A stretch of 64,000 nt of DNA from NCBI GenBank assembly GCA_020851115.1, contig JADZDJ010000177.1, positions 1,214 through 65,213 on the forward strand, read 5' to 3'. Positions 38,555-49,642 of the stretch are shown piece after piece; within the stretch, counting starts at the first letter, position 1; every line of letters starts with the position of its first letter. The position numbers and the translations under genes were made by a program. The notes below the pieces were generated by a model. The model saw only the letters and a program-made list of their open reading frames with translations. It was not told where the DNA came from and did no database searches. The stretch comes from Pirellulales bacterium (lineage in GTDB: Bacteria > Planctomycetota > Planctomycetia > Pirellulales > JADZDJ01).

Positions 38555-38708
38555 TTCGGGCGGTCGCTGCGTGCCGATTCTTGCCGACTCGGTGGGCGAC
38601 CATTGAACCAGCGATTCGCTCCGCCTTCGCCGAGATTTCGCTTGCCCAAAGTTTGCCCATTGAATTATGCTAAGAGAATGGGTACGACCTGCGTATAAGG
38701 TGGTGTTT

Positions 38709-40556
38709 ATGGTCTCTCGACGAAGCGGTGACGGATGGAGTTTTCAGCGAATGCTCGCGGTAGTCGCCCTTGGGTGGCTGGCGTCGATCTGGCTGGCTGT
38801 CGACTCGTCGATCGCGGGGCCTACCGCGTCCGCGCCAACTCCTTCAGACGCATCGGAATCGGAGCAATTCAACGACCGTCTCGCGGCTCTGATTAAAGAC
38901 CTCGGCAGCCAAGAATATCTCGCCCGTCAATTTGCTCAAGAAGAATTGCGCCGGCTCGGCCCAGCGGCGTTCGACGCCTTGGCGGCGTCCGAAGATGATG
39001 GCGACATTGAAATCGCTTCGCGCGTCCGCTACTTGTTGCAAACGATCCGCGTTGAATGGGTTCGCGACGGCGATTCACCGATCGTCAAGCAAATCTTGCA
39101 CGACTACGAATTCGAGAGCGAAGCGCAGCGGGCCGAGCATCTCGGGCAATTGGCCGGTTTGCCGCAGGAGGTCGGATTGCAGCCGCTGTGCCGGCTCGTT
39201 CGTTTCGAGCAGTCGCCGCTGGTTTCCAAGCAAGGTGCCCTGCTCGTGCTGCGGCAAAAAGTGCAGCCCGATCCGGCCTGGCAAGCAGCGCGGCAGAAAA
39301 TCATCCAAACATCGCTTGCCGGCAGCCTGCGGCCCGGCGCCCGCTGGGTGTTGGCCGCGAGAATGTTTGAAAGCGACCTACCAAGCGCACTCGATCATTG
39401 GCAGCGACTCGTCGATGCCGAACTGGCCGCCTTGAACGATTTGCCTACGCCCAGCGAGTTGGAAGTCGTGCAGGGCTTGCAGCAGTACTATGCCGAAATG
39501 CTCTATCGGCAATCGCTTCCGGATCGCGCCAAGCAAGTCGTCGCGCAAATGATCGAGCGATCCGCCGACGATGCCGAATCGCTCGGCAAGCTGGTCGATT
39601 GGCTGGTCGAGCAGCGAGCGCTCGACATGATCGACCTGCTCGCCCACCGCTTTGAGCACCGGCTGAAATCAAGCCCCGACCTGCTATTGGCGATTGCTCA
39701 AGCGCGGCGCAGCCAGGGCCAGGAACAAGCCGCCGAGGAGTTGGTCGCGCGGGCGAGCAAGTTGTTTGGCGACGATGCCCAACAACATTTGCGCGCGGCC
39801 TATTTGTTGCAAACCCGCGGAATGTTTGACTGGAGCGAGAGCGAATATCGCGGCGCCATCGCGGTGGCGTCGAGATCGAAAGAATCGATGTGGACGATCC
39901 GCGCGCGCATCTTCCTCGCCGAATTGCTGTTTGATCTGGAGCGCGAATACGACGCCGCCGAAGAGCTGCGCAAGCTGAATGACTTGATGGCGAGCGACAG
40001 GGAAGTGATGGACGCTGTCCAAGAACTGGGTCGAGAAAAGCATGTGCCCGCCCACATGCATTACTACTATGCCTGCCACGATCGGAAGCGGAACGAATTG
40101 ACAAAAATGCGGGAGCATTTGGACCGAGCGATCGAACATGATCCTGGCGACGCCGATATTTTAATCGCGCTGTATCGCGATTCAACCGCCAACTCGAAGC
40201 GACGAAACGATGTGAAGGCAAGAATCATCCGGCTGGCCGAGGAGTCTCGCAACGAAATCGCGCAATTCTCGACCGAAGAGCCGCGCTTCCAAGCGAACCC
40301 CTACAATCAATATGCCTGGCTGATTGGCAACACCGAGGGCAATCTCGATCTGGCGTTGCAGTATTCCCACAAGTCGCTTGAAATCATGCCCGATACTGCC
40401 GGATTCCTCGACACGTTGGCGCATTGCTATGCGGCCAAGAAAGACTTCAAGAACGCCGTGCATTACCAATCGCGCGCCGCGGAACTGGAGCCGCACGCGA
40501 TGGTCATTCAACGCGCGCTTGCGCGATTCAAGGCAGAGCTGGAAAAACCCCAATGA
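38709..40556 (+). CDS. Exported TPR-repeat protein
   Basis: Signal peptide; LIKDLGSQEYLAR; YNQYAWLI..ALQYSHKSLE..FLDTLAHCY TPR. Start uncertain. Confidence 0.75.
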   Translation: MVSRRSGDGWSFQRMLAVVALGWLASIWLAVDSSIAGPTASAPTPSDASESEQFNDRLAALIKDLGSQEYLARQFAQEELRRLGPAAFDALAASEDDGDIEIASRVRYLLQTIRVEWVRDGDSPIVKQILHDYEFESEAQRAEHLGQLAGLPQEVGLQPLCRLVRFEQSPLVSKQGALLVLRQKVQPDPAWQAARQKIIQTSLAGSLRPGARWVLAARMFESDLPSALDHWQRLVDAELAALNDLPTPSELEVVQGLQQYYAEMLYRQSLPDRAKQVVAQMIERSADDAESLGKLVDWLVEQRALDMIDLLAHRFEHRLKSSPDLLLAIAQARRSQGQEQAAEELVARASKLFGDDAQQHLRAAYLLQTRGMFDWSESEYRGAIAVASRSKESMWTIRARIFLAELLFDLEREYDAAEELRKLNDLMASDREVMDAVQELGREKHVPAHMHYYYACHDRKRNELTKMREHLDRAIEHDPGDADILIALYRDSTANSKRRNDVKARIIRLAEESRNEIAQFSTEEPRFQANPYNQYAWLIGNTEGNLDLALQYSHKSLEIMPDTAGFLDTLAHCYAAKKDFKNAVHYQSRAAELEPHAMVIQRALARFKAELEKPQ

Positions 40557-40633
40557 GATTGGGGAATGGGGAATGCCGGCGGCTTCGGCTCATTCCTCAA
40601 TCCACAGCCCCCATTTCACATCCCCCATTTGCA

Positions 40634-41431
40634 ATGAAGCACCTCCGCATTGCCGATTTTTCGATGGCAGTCGTGGATCGCGGCAAAGGAGCGACGTTGC
40701 TCTTGGTCCATGGCTTTCCGCTGACGCATGCCATGTGGCAGCCGCAGATCGAATATTTTGCCGAGCATTTCCGGGTCATCGCGCCCGATTTGCCCGGCTT
40801 CGGCGAATCGGATGCTTTTGTCGGCGTCGCGACCATGGAACACATGGCCGACCGATTGGCAGCATTGCTCGATGCACTGGAAATTCGAGATCGCGTGATA
40901 TTTTGCGGCTTGTCGATGGGGGGCTATATCGGTTGGGAGTTCTGGAGGAAACATCGGCAGCGTCTGGCGGGGCTGATTCAGTGCGACACCCGCGTCATTG
41001 CCGACATGCCGGAGGTCGCCAAAGGGAGACGAATTCTGGCAGCCAGGGTTCTGGCCGAGGGCTCGAAAGTATCGGCCGATGCGATGCTGCCGAAGCTATT
41101 CGGCCCACAGACTCCGCAGCAGCAAGCCCACCTGCTCGACTCGGTTCGACGGATGATCGAGAGCAATTCCCCCGCCGGCATTGCCGCCAGTTTGGAAGGC
41201 CTGGCGGTGCGGCGAGATGCTCGCGAATTGCTGTCGCAAATCGACCTGCCGACGCTCGTTCTTGTGGGCGAATACGATGCGATTTCGACCCCGGACGAAA
41301 TGCGAGGAATTGTCGCGGCGATTCCGAACGCGGAATTCGTCGAAATTCCCGATGCCGGGCACCTTTCAACGTTGGAGAATCCGCTGGCCGCAAATACGGC
41401 GATCGAGAAATTTCTTACCAGTCATTTGTAG
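40634..41431 (+). CDS. Alpha/beta hydrolase
   Basis: LLVHGFP, APDLPGFGES, GLSMGG, VGEYD, AGHL. Confidence 0.92.
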   Translation: MKHLRIADFSMAVVDRGKGATLLLVHGFPLTHAMWQPQIEYFAEHFRVIAPDLPGFGESDAFVGVATMEHMADRLAALLDALEIRDRVIFCGLSMGGYIGWEFWRKHRQRLAGLIQCDTRVIADMPEVAKGRRILAARVLAEGSKVSADAMLPKLFGPQTPQQQAHLLDSVRRMIESNSPAGIAASLEGLAVRRDARELLSQIDLPTLVLVGEYDAISTPDEMRGIVAAIPNAEFVEIPDAGHLSTLENPLAANTAIEKFLTSHL

Positions 41432-41519
41432 TCGGCGAAGCATTTCGCCGACGGCTCTTGAGCGGCGTCAACCCGGCGCATCAAAGCTCGACAGGAAGAT
41501 TTGCCTCCGACAAACGCAG

Positions 41520-42677
41520 CTACTTGCGGCGCAGCGCTTCGGTCGGCAATAGATTCGCGCTCCACAGCGCAGGATAAATGGCACCGAACAATCCGACCAG
41601 CACGGCGAAGGCAAAGCCCTGGGCAATGACCGGCGGCGGCACGCTGCCTGTTATGATTCCGGCCCCGTTTGGCAATTCGCTGAGAAACTTCGTGAGTGCG
41701 ATTCCCGCCAGGCTCCCGGCGATCGCTCCGCCGATGCTCAACAACAGCGACTCGCCGATCACCATCCGCGCGATTCGCGATCGCTTCCAACCGATGGCCC
41801 GCAGCGTGCCGATCTCGCGGGTTCGCTCAAAGACGGACATGACCATCGTGTTGAGCATGCCGATCGCGCCGATGAACAGCGCAATCGCGGAAGTGATCCA
41901 CGCCACCGCCCGCGCGGTGCGAATTTCATCGATGCTTTCGACGAAGTCCGTGGGGGCTTTGGCCACGATCTTTCCCGGCATCAGTGCTTCGATGTCCTTG
42001 CGAATTTTCTCCAATCCTTGTTCGTCGATGGGCTTTTTCACCTGGATGGTAAAACCGGTGATTTTTCCTTGGCTGCCATTGCCCTTTTGAAGCTCGCTCA
42101 GTGGGATAATGACGGCGCCGTTTTCAAACACCGCGTCACTTTCAAAGATGCCTGCGACTTCGTAGGCGGCGCCATAGACCGGAACTTTGTCGCCGACCTT
42201 TTTCTGTAGATTGGCGGCCAACTCGCGCCCGAGCATGACCTTTCCCGTATCTCCCGGTTGCAGCTTACTGCCCGCGATGACGCGCAGGCGATTGTACAGA
42301 GCGCTGCCCAGCGGCCAACCATTGATCGGTACACTGATCAGGTCGGTCGGTAGATTTTCCAGATGCTGGTCTCCGGCGGTGAACGAGATCAGATCGACCG
42401 AACCGCCGAGTACCTGCTTCACGCCATCCACCCGCACAAGCTTTCCCAACAGAGATTCGGGAAGCAAATTGTTTAAATTCGTCCTGCCACCCGCGCTTTG
42501 TACCACCAAGTCGATTTCGCGCTGGTTGTACATGCCGATAAACGATCGCTCGAAGCCAGTGGCGACCCCCACTAACGACACTACGGCGGCCACGGCCACG
42601 GCCAGGCCGATAATAGTCAGTACGCTGCGCGTGCGACGGCGGAGCAGATTCTTGGTGATGAAAGTGAAGAAGTTCAT
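41520..42677 (-). CDS. ABC transporter permease (MacB/FtsX family)
   Basis: KNLLRRRTRSVLT, NTMVMSVFERTREIGTLRAIGW, YPA...P.EALR. Confidence 0.92.
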   Translation of the reverse strand: MNFFTFITKNLLRRRTRSVLTIIGLAVAVAAVVSLVGVATGFERSFIGMYNQREIDLVVQSAGGRTNLNNLLPESLLGKLVRVDGVKQVLGGSVDLISFTAGDQHLENLPTDLISVPINGWPLGSALYNRLRVIAGSKLQPGDTGKVMLGRELAANLQKKVGDKVPVYGAAYEVAGIFESDAVFENGAVIIPLSELQKGNGSQGKITGFTIQVKKPIDEQGLEKIRKDIEALMPGKIVAKAPTDFVESIDEIRTARAVAWITSAIALFIGAIGMLNTMVMSVFERTREIGTLRAIGWKRSRIARMVIGESLLLSIGGAIAGSLAGIALTKFLSELPNGAGIITGSVPPPVIAQGFAFAVLVGLFGAIYPALWSANLLPTEALRRK

Positions 42678-42692
42678 GGCAATGGCGCCTTA

Positions 42693-43430
42693 TCACGCGT
42701 GCGCTCGCTGGTGCAGGGCTTCTTCCCGGCCGGCAGCGATCCGCCCATCGCGGATCCAAATGATGCGCTCGGCTCGCTCCGCCACTTCTTCGCTGTGGGT
42801 GATGACAATGAGAGTCTTGCCGTGCTCGCGATGAAGTTGATCGAACAGATCGAGCACATCGTTGCCCGACTTTGAATCCAGGTTTCCGGTCGGCTCGTCG
42901 GCCATCAGCAGCGGCGGATCGTTGGCAAGCGAGCGGGCAATTGCCACGCGCTGGCGCTCGCCGACCGAAAGCTGCGAAGGCAAATGGTTGGCGCGGTGCC
43001 CCATGCTGACCGCATCGAGCAGCGTTTTGGCCTTCTTCGCCCGCTCGGCAACCGGCAGTCGCGTCTCGAACATTGGAATTTGGACGTTTTCGAGCGCCGT
43101 CAGGGTCGGCAGCAAATAGAACGACTGAAACACGAAACCGATTTTTAGCGCACGAAAGCCGTCCAAATCGCGTAGTCGCGAGAGTGGTTGACCTTCAAAA
43201 TACAGCTCTCCGCTGGTGGGGCGGTCGAGCGTACCCAGCAAATTCAGCAAGGTCGATTTTCCGCTGCCGCTGGGGCCCATAATGGCGACATACTCTCCCT
43301 GTCGAATTTCGACGCTCACGCCCGCCAGCGCCGTCACTTCGCCATCGGCATAAGTGCGTCCGACGTTTTCCGCCCGCAGCAGCACGGGAGCGCCGCGGTC
43401 GGCATCACCATCACCGTTATATTTACTCAT
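42693..43430 (-). CDS. ABC transporter ATP-binding protein (LolD/MacB-like)
   Basis: GPSGSGKST, IGFVFQSFYL, LSVGERQRVAIAR, ADEPTGNLDS. Confidence 0.94.
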   Translation of the reverse strand: MSKYNGDGDADRGAPVLLRAENVGRTYADGEVTALAGVSVEIRQGEYVAIMGPSGSGKSTLLNLLGTLDRPTSGELYFEGQPLSRLRDLDGFRALKIGFVFQSFYLLPTLTALENVQIPMFETRLPVAERAKKAKTLLDAVSMGHRANHLPSQLSVGERQRVAIARSLANDPPLLMADEPTGNLDSKSGNDVLDLFDQLHREHGKTLIVITHSEEVAERAERIIWIRDGRIAAGREEALHQRAHA

Positions 43431-44571
43431 ATCGCAATGCTTCCGTCGGAGGTAAACTCGCTCCGCGCAGCGCCGGATAGGCGCCGCCGACCAGGCCCAC
43501 AAGCAATGACATCCCAAAACCGATCGCGACGATGTCCAGGGTCATCTGGCCGCTGCCAAAACGCTGCGCCACAGGAAACCTGGTCAACACGCTAATCAGC
43601 GCGAAGGCCAGCAACGTGCCGGCCGCCGCTCCAAAAATGCTGAGCGAAAACGCCTCCACCATGATCATTCGAATAATGCGAGTCTTGCGCCAGCCGATGG
43701 CTCGCAAGATGCCAATTTCTTGAGTTCTCTCCAAAACGGACACGATCATCGTATTGAGCATGCCGATGGCACCCACGATCAGGGCAATCGCCGAAGTGAT
43801 CCAGGCCATCGCACCGGCGATGCGGACCTGATTATCCCCTTCGACAAAATCCTTGGTTTGTTGCGCCAACAAGCCCAGTGGCTTGCTCTCCTCGTCGGTT
43901 AAGCCTTCGACCGCCTTGCGAACTTGGAGCATCGAGGCTTCGCGATTTGGGATATTCTTATCAAGGGCAATTTCGAACCGGTTGACATGGCCGGGCTGAT
44001 CCATCATCTCCTGCAAATCGCTGAGCTTAATCAGCGCTTTGCGATCTTCCAGCATGTTGTTGCTTTCAAAAATTCCCACCACCTTGTATGGTTTTCGTTC
44101 AATTTCGACCTCGTCCCCGATCCGCTTGCCCAGTTGTTCGGCAAGCGTTGTTCCCAGCATCACCACTTGGACATCATCACGTTGGAGGCCGCGTCCACCG
44201 ACCACTTTGAGGGAGTTGAAGGCAAAGCTATCGACCGGCCATCCCATGATTTGCACGCCGCCTTCGATGCCTTCGATCGAGACGCTGTTCAAGAGCGACA
44301 TCGCCACGCGTTCAACACCGGGAATTTGTTCGATTTTCTTGACAATGCCCTCGTCGAGAGAACTCGTCGCGTGGTTGGCTAGCTGCGCTCGGGTGACCAC
44401 CATATCGACCCCACGCAGCGAATATGCTGCCTTACTCGATCGTTCGTAACCGCGCGTAATGCTAAGCAGGGCCACGACCGCGGCAATTGCAACCGCCACG
44501 CCGACAGTCGTCAGCACCGTACGGAACTTGCGCCGTAAGACGTTTTTCAGCACAAATTCGGGAAAGACCAT
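43423..44571 (-). CDS. ABC transporter permease (MacB/FtsX family)
   Basis: KNVLRRKFRTVLT, NTMIVSVLERTQEIGILRAIGW, YPALRGASLPPTEALRYE. Confidence 0.92.
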   Translation of the reverse strand: MVFPEFVLKNVLRRKFRTVLTTVGVAVAIAAVVALLSITRGYERSSKAAYSLRGVDMVVTRAQLANHATSSLDEGIVKKIEQIPGVERVAMSLLNSVSIEGIEGGVQIMGWPVDSFAFNSLKVVGGRGLQRDDVQVVMLGTTLAEQLGKRIGDEVEIERKPYKVVGIFESNNMLEDRKALIKLSDLQEMMDQPGHVNRFEIALDKNIPNREASMLQVRKAVEGLTDEESKPLGLLAQQTKDFVEGDNQVRIAGAMAWITSAIALIVGAIGMLNTMIVSVLERTQEIGILRAIGWRKTRIIRMIMVEAFSLSIFGAAAGTLLAFALISVLTRFPVAQRFGSGQMTLDIVAIGFGMSLLVGLVGGAYPALRGASLPPTEALRYE

Positions 44572-45255
44572 CGGCAGAATGGTCAGGCGTTTGCGCCCGA
44601 CCACTAAAATTCGTCAGCCAGCAGCGGCAAATCTAAGAATGAATGCTTGTGATTGTCCGAGGCGACCTGTTCGACTTGAAATTCAACGCGATTTGACTTG
44701 CGAAGCAGTAAGTGGTTGTATGCCATAAACTTAGCGATTTTCGGCGAATTGTCTAGGCGAAAATCGTTTGTCGAACGCTCGTCGCCGGGCTGATTCGACG
44801 CTGCTCTACATAGAGCAGTGTATACCTCAAGGCAGGTCCACGGAAGAAGCGGTCGATTGCAGAAGCACCCTCGCCCCATTCCCTGAATGTGTTCAGCGGG
44901 TTCCGAACCCTCCGTCGTTAAAAACGGAAAAATGAAAGGCACCCAAGTCCCGATTTAACTCCTTGAACCTCAGGTGGCCTGTTCTATAATGGAAACTGTT
45001 GCCGGTTCAAGGTTTAGGCGCGAAAAACGCGTTTCAGAGCCGAACGGCAAACAAAGGGTTTGCGCGGTGCACTCGGAACACGCCGCGCTGTGTGCCGATG
45101 GCGAACGCGGGCGTTCACAATGGGAAGGCGAGCCTATCGGGTCGTTTCGCCGTGACCTGCCGTTTGGTATTTTTTTCTCCGGCACTCGGCGTCTGGCCGC
45201 TGCACCGATGCGGACGGTCCCTTGGACGAATCGAACCTATATGATCGAGATGTCG

Positions 45256-48200
45256 ATGATGGCACGATTTTCGCTTGCTCCGATCTTCGTCGCTATTTGC
45301 TGGATATTTTTTTCGTCGGTTATGGCGGCGACCGCTTCGGCGGCCGACGACGTGCAAAAATTTGTCGCAGCACTGCGCGAAAGCCATTACCACGATACGG
45401 CGACCGATTACCTTGCATCGCTCGAACACGACAACCAAATCTCCGCGACGATCCAACAATGGATCCCCTACGAACAAGGGGTAGTGTTTGTCGAGTCGGC
45501 GCTGGCGACCCACGATCCTGGGATTCGCGATCGGCAGCTCGTCTTGGCCCAAAACAAACTAAGAACGTTTCTGGAGGCCAATGCGACGCATGATTTGGCA
45601 TTGCAAGCGCAGCAGCAACTGGCTGGGGTACTGCGAAGCCGTGCCGAAGGTCTGCTACTAACTAGCGCCAAGGGTTCCGCCAGTGCGCCTCAGGCGCGGA
45701 ACGATGCCGGCAAGCTATTTGACGAAGCCCGCGGATTATATGCAGATGTCGCCAAGCGCCTGCGAGCGCAGCTCGACGACTTGCCCAAAGAAGACAGTCG
45801 TCACGAAGACTTGGGCGAATTGTGGCTTGCGGCCCGATATTACGCCGCCCAATCAATGTTCGATCTTGCCGGCACGCGCGACGCCGCCGAAGAGCGAAAA
45901 AAAATGCTGCTCGAGGCGGCCAGCCAATGCGACGACATCTACGCGCGATTTTCGAAGCGAAAAGTCGGCGTCTTATCGAAGTTGCTCGAAGGCCAATGCT
46001 TCCAAAAGGCTGGCGACGCGACGCAAGCTTTAGCCGCCTTTGGCGATTTGATCGCCGATTTGCCGGACATCGAACCCGATGCACGCCAACTCAAGACCGT
46101 GGCGATGAAGCATGCGCTCGCATGCTGGCTGCAAACCAAAGACTATGAGCAAGCGATCGAAAAAGCCGTTCCGTGGGCGAAATCCGCTCGCGGCGCCGAG
46201 TTGCGCGATCCAGATTGGCTGGAAGTCAAGTTTTCGACCGCTACTGCGCTCAAAGAACTCGCGACCAAGGAGAGGCAGAAAAGCAAAGACAATCCAAACG
46301 TGGAAAAGTACCTCAACCTGGCCCGCGAATTGGCCACCGAAGTTGCGAAGGCCAGAAACCGCGATTTGCAATCCCGCGGCCGACAGTTGCTGGCCCAAAT
46401 TGGTCTTGGCAAGGGAATCAGCATTGCGAAGACCGTCGCGTTTGCCGGCGCTGAGATCAAGACATTTGACGACGCCTTCGAGAAGGCCAAAGAAGCCGCC
46501 GACGAAATCTCGACGGCGCAGATGGAGCTTGAATACGTCGAGAAAGATCCTAACGCGACGAAAAAAGAAATCGACGATCTCAAGAAGTCCATTGAAACCA
46601 ACGAGCAGCATTCGTTCGAACTGCTAAAGCGAGCCGTTGAGCTAGCCGACCAAAACACCGACGCCGAAAAGCTGCGGACTACGTTCTATCTGCTTGGCTA
46701 CTTCCACTACCAGCGCGGCGAGTATCTGGACGCGGCGGTCTTCGGCGAGCACGTCGCTCGAAGATATCCCGATGCGGCGAACGCGCGAGCCTGCGCCAAG
46801 GTTGCCATGGCAGCCTTCGACGCCTCGTTTCGCAAAGGTCAACAAGCCGGCGAAGATGTCTCCTTCGAGGCCGGCAAACTCGCCGAAATGGCCGACTACG
46901 TGGCCCGCAAGTGGCCCGACCAACCCGAAGCGGCAGCGGCCTTTTCCGCGCTCGTGGCGCTTTATATCAATCAGGGGGAATACGACAAGGCGAAACAGAC
47001 GCTCGATCGCATCTCGCCCGATTCCCCCGGCCGTGCCGAAGCGGAGGCCTCGCTCGGCAATATGCTGTGGCGGAAATATCTATTGAGCATGGCCGAGCGG
47101 CGGCGAACTCAGGCGAGCGGCGAATCGACGAATGCCGCGGACGACGCCGACGCCAGTTCAAAACTCGACTCGCTGCTGCAAGAAGGCCAAGCCGCGTTGG
47201 AGCGGAGCGTAGAGGCGTTTCGCAAACAAAAAGACGTTGACCCCAAGGCGCTGCTTGCGGCGCTCTCGCTCGCGCAGATTTACGTTCACGTATCGCAGCC
47301 CGACAAGGCCCTGAAGCTGCTCGACGACGGCAAACTCGGCCCCGTCACGTTGCTGGACCAACAAAACGCCGCCGCGCAGGCGACCGGCATCCCGGCGGAA
47401 ATCTATAAGACCGCGATGAAAGCGTATGTCAGCGTCGATCCCCCACAAATCGACAAAGCGACGGCGGCGATGGATGCGCTCGAAAAAATTTATGCCGGGG
47501 ATGACGAAGGGGAAGCCAAGTTCACGCAACTGCTGATCGCCGTCGCCGTCGATTTGCAACAACAACTGGACGAATTGAAGCGCACCGGAAAAAGCGCCAA
47601 ACAATCGCAACTCAGCGCTGGGTTTGAGCAGTTCTTGCGCCGCATTGCTCAGCGGAAATCGGGCACCGACTACAAAACCCTCAAGTGGATTGCCTATACC
47701 TATGCCAATATGGCCGAAAGCCTCGCCGCCGGCGGCCAGCCGTCGAAGCAAGCAGTGGGGTATTTTCAGCAGGCCGCGAAGAGCTATGGCGAGATTTTGC
47801 AGCGTGCCACCGTTCAGCCCAATTTCGCTCCCAAGGCGGAATTGTCGGGCGTGCAGTTTGAATTGGCCAAAGCCCAGCGCGGGGCGGGCCAATATGATGA
47901 GGCGATCGATCATTTTGCCAGTATGCTGAAAGAAAATCCAAACTGGGTTAGCGTCCAAGAAGAGGCCGCAGCAACCTACCAGCAGCGCGGCGCCAGCGAC
48001 CCCAAATACTACGTGCTGGCCGTTCGCGGAGGACGCAAGGGAGATGCGGCAAACATCTGGGGATGGGGGGTATTAGCGAAGAAAACGCTGCCCAATCCCA
48101 AATTTCAAGATACGTTTCTTAAATCGCGTTATAACCTCGCGCTGTGCGTGCGGCTTGATGCCGCCGCGCACCCAAAGGCGGAAGACAAGACCAAGGGACT

Positions 48201-48369
48201 GAAGAACGCGAAAGAAAACATTCGCATTACTCAAAAATTCGTGCCGTCCCTGGGGGGAGATACCTGGAAGCCAAAATACGAAAAGTTACTCCGTGACATT
48301 CAACAAGCACTCGGCGAGCCGGAGATCGGCTTGAAGGAGTTTGAGGGAAACGAAGGAACGAAAGGCTGA
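45256..48369 (+). CDS. Large exported TPR-like protein
   Basis: Signal peptide ending TASA-A; all-helical repeats. Start uncertain (45241-45259). Confidence 0.75.
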   Translation: MMARFSLAPIFVAICWIFFSSVMAATASAADDVQKFVAALRESHYHDTATDYLASLEHDNQISATIQQWIPYEQGVVFVESALATHDPGIRDRQLVLAQNKLRTFLEANATHDLALQAQQQLAGVLRSRAEGLLLTSAKGSASAPQARNDAGKLFDEARGLYADVAKRLRAQLDDLPKEDSRHEDLGELWLAARYYAAQSMFDLAGTRDAAEERKKMLLEAASQCDDIYARFSKRKVGVLSKLLEGQCFQKAGDATQALAAFGDLIADLPDIEPDARQLKTVAMKHALACWLQTKDYEQAIEKAVPWAKSARGAELRDPDWLEVKFSTATALKELATKERQKSKDNPNVEKYLNLARELATEVAKARNRDLQSRGRQLLAQIGLGKGISIAKTVAFAGAEIKTFDDAFEKAKEAADEISTAQMELEYVEKDPNATKKEIDDLKKSIETNEQHSFELLKRAVELADQNTDAEKLRTTFYLLGYFHYQRGEYLDAAVFGEHVARRYPDAANARACAKVAMAAFDASFRKGQQAGEDVSFEAGKLAEMADYVARKWPDQPEAAAAFSALVALYINQGEYDKAKQTLDRISPDSPGRAEAEASLGNMLWRKYLLSMAERRRTQASGESTNAADDADASSKLDSLLQEGQAALERSVEAFRKQKDVDPKALLAALSLAQIYVHVSQPDKALKLLDDGKLGPVTLLDQQNAAAQATGIPAEIYKTAMKAYVSVDPPQIDKATAAMDALEKIYAGDDEGEAKFTQLLIAVAVDLQQQLDELKRTGKSAKQSQLSAGFEQFLRRIAQRKSGTDYKTLKWIAYTYANMAESLAAGGQPSKQAVGYFQQAAKSYGEILQRATVQPNFAPKAELSGVQFELAKAQRGAGQYDEAIDHFASMLKENPNWVSVQEEAAATYQQRGASDPKYYVLAVRGGRKGDAANIWGWGVLAKKTLPNPKFQDTFLKSRYNLALCVRLDAAAHPKAEDKTKGLKNAKENIRITQKFVPSLGGDTWKPKYEKLLRDIQQALGEPEIGLKEFEGNEGTKG

Positions 48370-48391
48370 GCGGGGAAAGGGGTGACCTGAG

Positions 48392-49543
48392 ATGAAACGA
48401 AGCGAGCATCGACGAATCCAAATGCCAGTTCGCGCTGTTGCCGTTCAAGCGATTTTCCACGGCAAAGTCTTCGTGCATGCGCCGCTTCACTGGTCCACCC
48501 GCGCAACCAGGCGTTCGATATTTTGCCTTGTGGTACTGACCACTTTATGGTCCCCGGCGGCCTCCTTCGGACAGACGGAGCACGGCAAAGTCCACCTATT
48601 CAGCGGCCAAACTCTCACGGGCCGGTTCAACGAATTGACGCGCGATAAGATTGTCATTGCCCAGCCGCCGGGCAGTCCCAAGCAGTTCGCCATCAATGAA
48701 GTGAAGTTTATCCAGTTTCCCGGTGAACCCAAGGAGTTGATGGATGCACGCCAAGCCGCGCTTCGCAGTCAATGGGACCATGTCCTGGAAATCGTCAATA
48801 AAATCGCCCCGGTCGAACTCAAGAACGAACAGGTGCGGCAAGAAGTCGAATTCTATCGAGTTTTGGCGGCAGCTCGCCTGGCGGAAGCCGGCGGCAGCGA
48901 CCCTGCGGCAGCGGGCCGGGCACTGTTGGCTTACATCAACGCCAACAAAGACAGCCATCACTATTACGATGCCAACGAAGCGGCGGGCGATCTATTGGTG
49001 TCCATGCAGCGGTTTGAGCAGGCTTCACCCTATTACCTCGAACTAGCCGCCGCCCCTTGGCCCGACGCGAAAATGCGGGCGGCCATCGCGATCGGCCGCT
49101 CCCTGGAGGCTCAAGGTAAGTATGAAGAGGCCACCCAATCATTCGATGAAGCCGGCAAGATCGACGCCAAGGGCAAAACGGCAGAAATGCTGGTTCTCGC
49201 GGCACGTATCGGCAAAGCCAGATGCATTGTCGCGTTGGGGCGAGCGGAGGAAGGGATTAAGATGCTGAAAGATCTCGTCGAGGAGATTCCGCTCGAAAAC
49301 GTTACGGCCTTGGCGATGGCGAATAATTCCTTAGGCGGGGCATATCAAAAAATCGGCAAAACCAAAGACGCACTGTATGCTTACTTGCACACCGATAAAT
49401 TGTACAATCAGTCGGCCGAATTGCATGCCGAAGCGCTGTATAATCTCAAGCAACTGTGGGAAAAGGACAATCACCCAGACCGCGCGAAAGACGCCGCCGA
49501 CATGCTGAAAACGCGGTACGCGTCCAGCCGCTGGAATAAATAG
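48392..49543 (+). CDS. Exported TPR protein
   Basis: TPR helices; AYLHTD.LY....HAEALY.L motif. Start uncertain. Confidence 0.75.
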   Translation: MKRSEHRRIQMPVRAVAVQAIFHGKVFVHAPLHWSTRATRRSIFCLVVLTTLWSPAASFGQTEHGKVHLFSGQTLTGRFNELTRDKIVIAQPPGSPKQFAINEVKFIQFPGEPKELMDARQAALRSQWDHVLEIVNKIAPVELKNEQVRQEVEFYRVLAAARLAEAGGSDPAAAGRALLAYINANKDSHHYYDANEAAGDLLVSMQRFEQASPYYLELAAAPWPDAKMRAAIAIGRSLEAQGKYEEATQSFDEAGKIDAKGKTAEMLVLAARIGKARCIVALGRAEEGIKMLKDLVEEIPLENVTALAMANNSLGGAYQKIGKTKDALYAYLHTDKLYNQSAELHAEALYNLKQLWEKDNHPDRAKDAADMLKTRYASSRWNK

Positions 49544-49642
49544 AAAATACGTCGGCCACCAATAGCCCGTTTCTCTTACTTGCGAACCGCACCGCCCGGT
49601 GACTCGGCAGCAAATCCATTGAACTCTTCAAGGAACATTTCC